A stretch of DNA of 32,281 nucleotides. It comes from Rubrobacterales bacterium (GTDB lineage Bacteria > Actinomycetota > Rubrobacteria > Rubrobacterales > Rubrobacteraceae). Shown in pieces: positions 32,183 through 32,281 of the stretch (its first letter is position 1; each line of letters opens with the position of its first letter). The notes under the pieces are model-generated. The model saw only the letters and a program-made list of their open reading frames with translations. It made no database searches and had not been told where the DNA came from. Location of the stretch: assembly GCA_038199155.1 (NCBI GenBank), contig JBBPZK010000194.1:1-32281 (forward strand), given 5' to 3'. The translations under genes and the position numbers were made by a program.

Positions 32183-32281
32183 TGGTCACCTATCTTCGCC
32201 TGGAAGTCACGCGCGTCTTACGCAGCCCCCGCTTCTTGCTGTTAGCCGTACTGATGCCGGTCGCTCTCTACCTGATCTTCA
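32182..32281 (+). CDS. ABC-2-type permease, N-terminal fragment (continues beyond the window)
   Basis: Its ATG overlaps the ATPase stop (TAATG). The translation MVTYLRLEVTRVLRSPRFLLLAVLMPVALYLIF is typical of an ABC-2 permease N-terminus. Confidence 0.6.
   Translation, partial: MVTYLRLEVTRVLRSPRFLLLAVLMPVALYLIF

Noticed and set aside
1-32281. CRISPR arrays, tandem or interspersed long repeats, IS elements, integrases, toxin-antitoxin pairs and known defence cassettes
   Set aside because: Reading both strands, I saw no regularly spaced direct repeats and no transposase- or recombinase-like ORFs in the six-frame track. The only repeats noted are the intragenic DQYAP-coding repeat and the tRNA-derived 14-mer. 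A computational repeat search would be needed to be exhaustive.

Overview
This is a 32.3-kb GC-rich chromosomal segment; hand-counted coding lines run about 60-73% GC. The gene content (HemQ/ChdC, a CysM-Mec-CysO-MoeZ module, a SigK/RskA-like ECF pair, an LPXTG substrate, a Hanks kinase) points to a Gram-positive-type bacterium, probably Actinomycetota. Rubrobacteria-like is only a guess. I call 36 protein-coding genes (two partial at the window edges), one apparently truncated MFS transporter gene, one tRNA-Ser(GCU), several hairpin terminators and a few sigma70-type promoters. Several -10 boxes lie only 6-9 nt from the start codon with no SD, which suggests leaderless mRNAs. The content is mostly housekeeping: asnB, an MBL hydrolase, an Fe-ADH, topoisomerase III, aldo-keto reductase plus hemQ, sulfur-carrier cysteine synthesis, peptidases (M19, M42, HtrA), transporters (EamA, FNT, AEC, ABC-2), rpiA, csp, and an aromatic amino-acid cluster (chorismate mutase, DAHP synthase, hisC, tyrA). 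I found no CRISPR array, transposase, integrase, restriction or defence cassette, or toxin-antitoxin pair. I therefore cannot point to a clear multi-gene novel system. The most unusual stretches are these. (1) A lower-GC, gene-poor islet lies between tRNA-Ser and the rlpA-like gene (about 6890-7995), with one orphan small gene, a candidate micro-ORF or sRNA unit and strong stem-loops. (2) A 14-nt perfect inverted copy of an internal tRNA-Ser segment sits just upstream of that tRNA. (3) An RlpA-like protein carries a Pro-rich DQYAP-repeat stalk and an LPDTG sortase signal. (4) A fully linked E1/Ubl/JAMM/CysM module encodes a CysO that ends GG-R rather than GG. (5) An MFS gene appears broken off next to an ECF sigma gene. 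All functional calls come from motif and family recognition by eye, and no database search was run.
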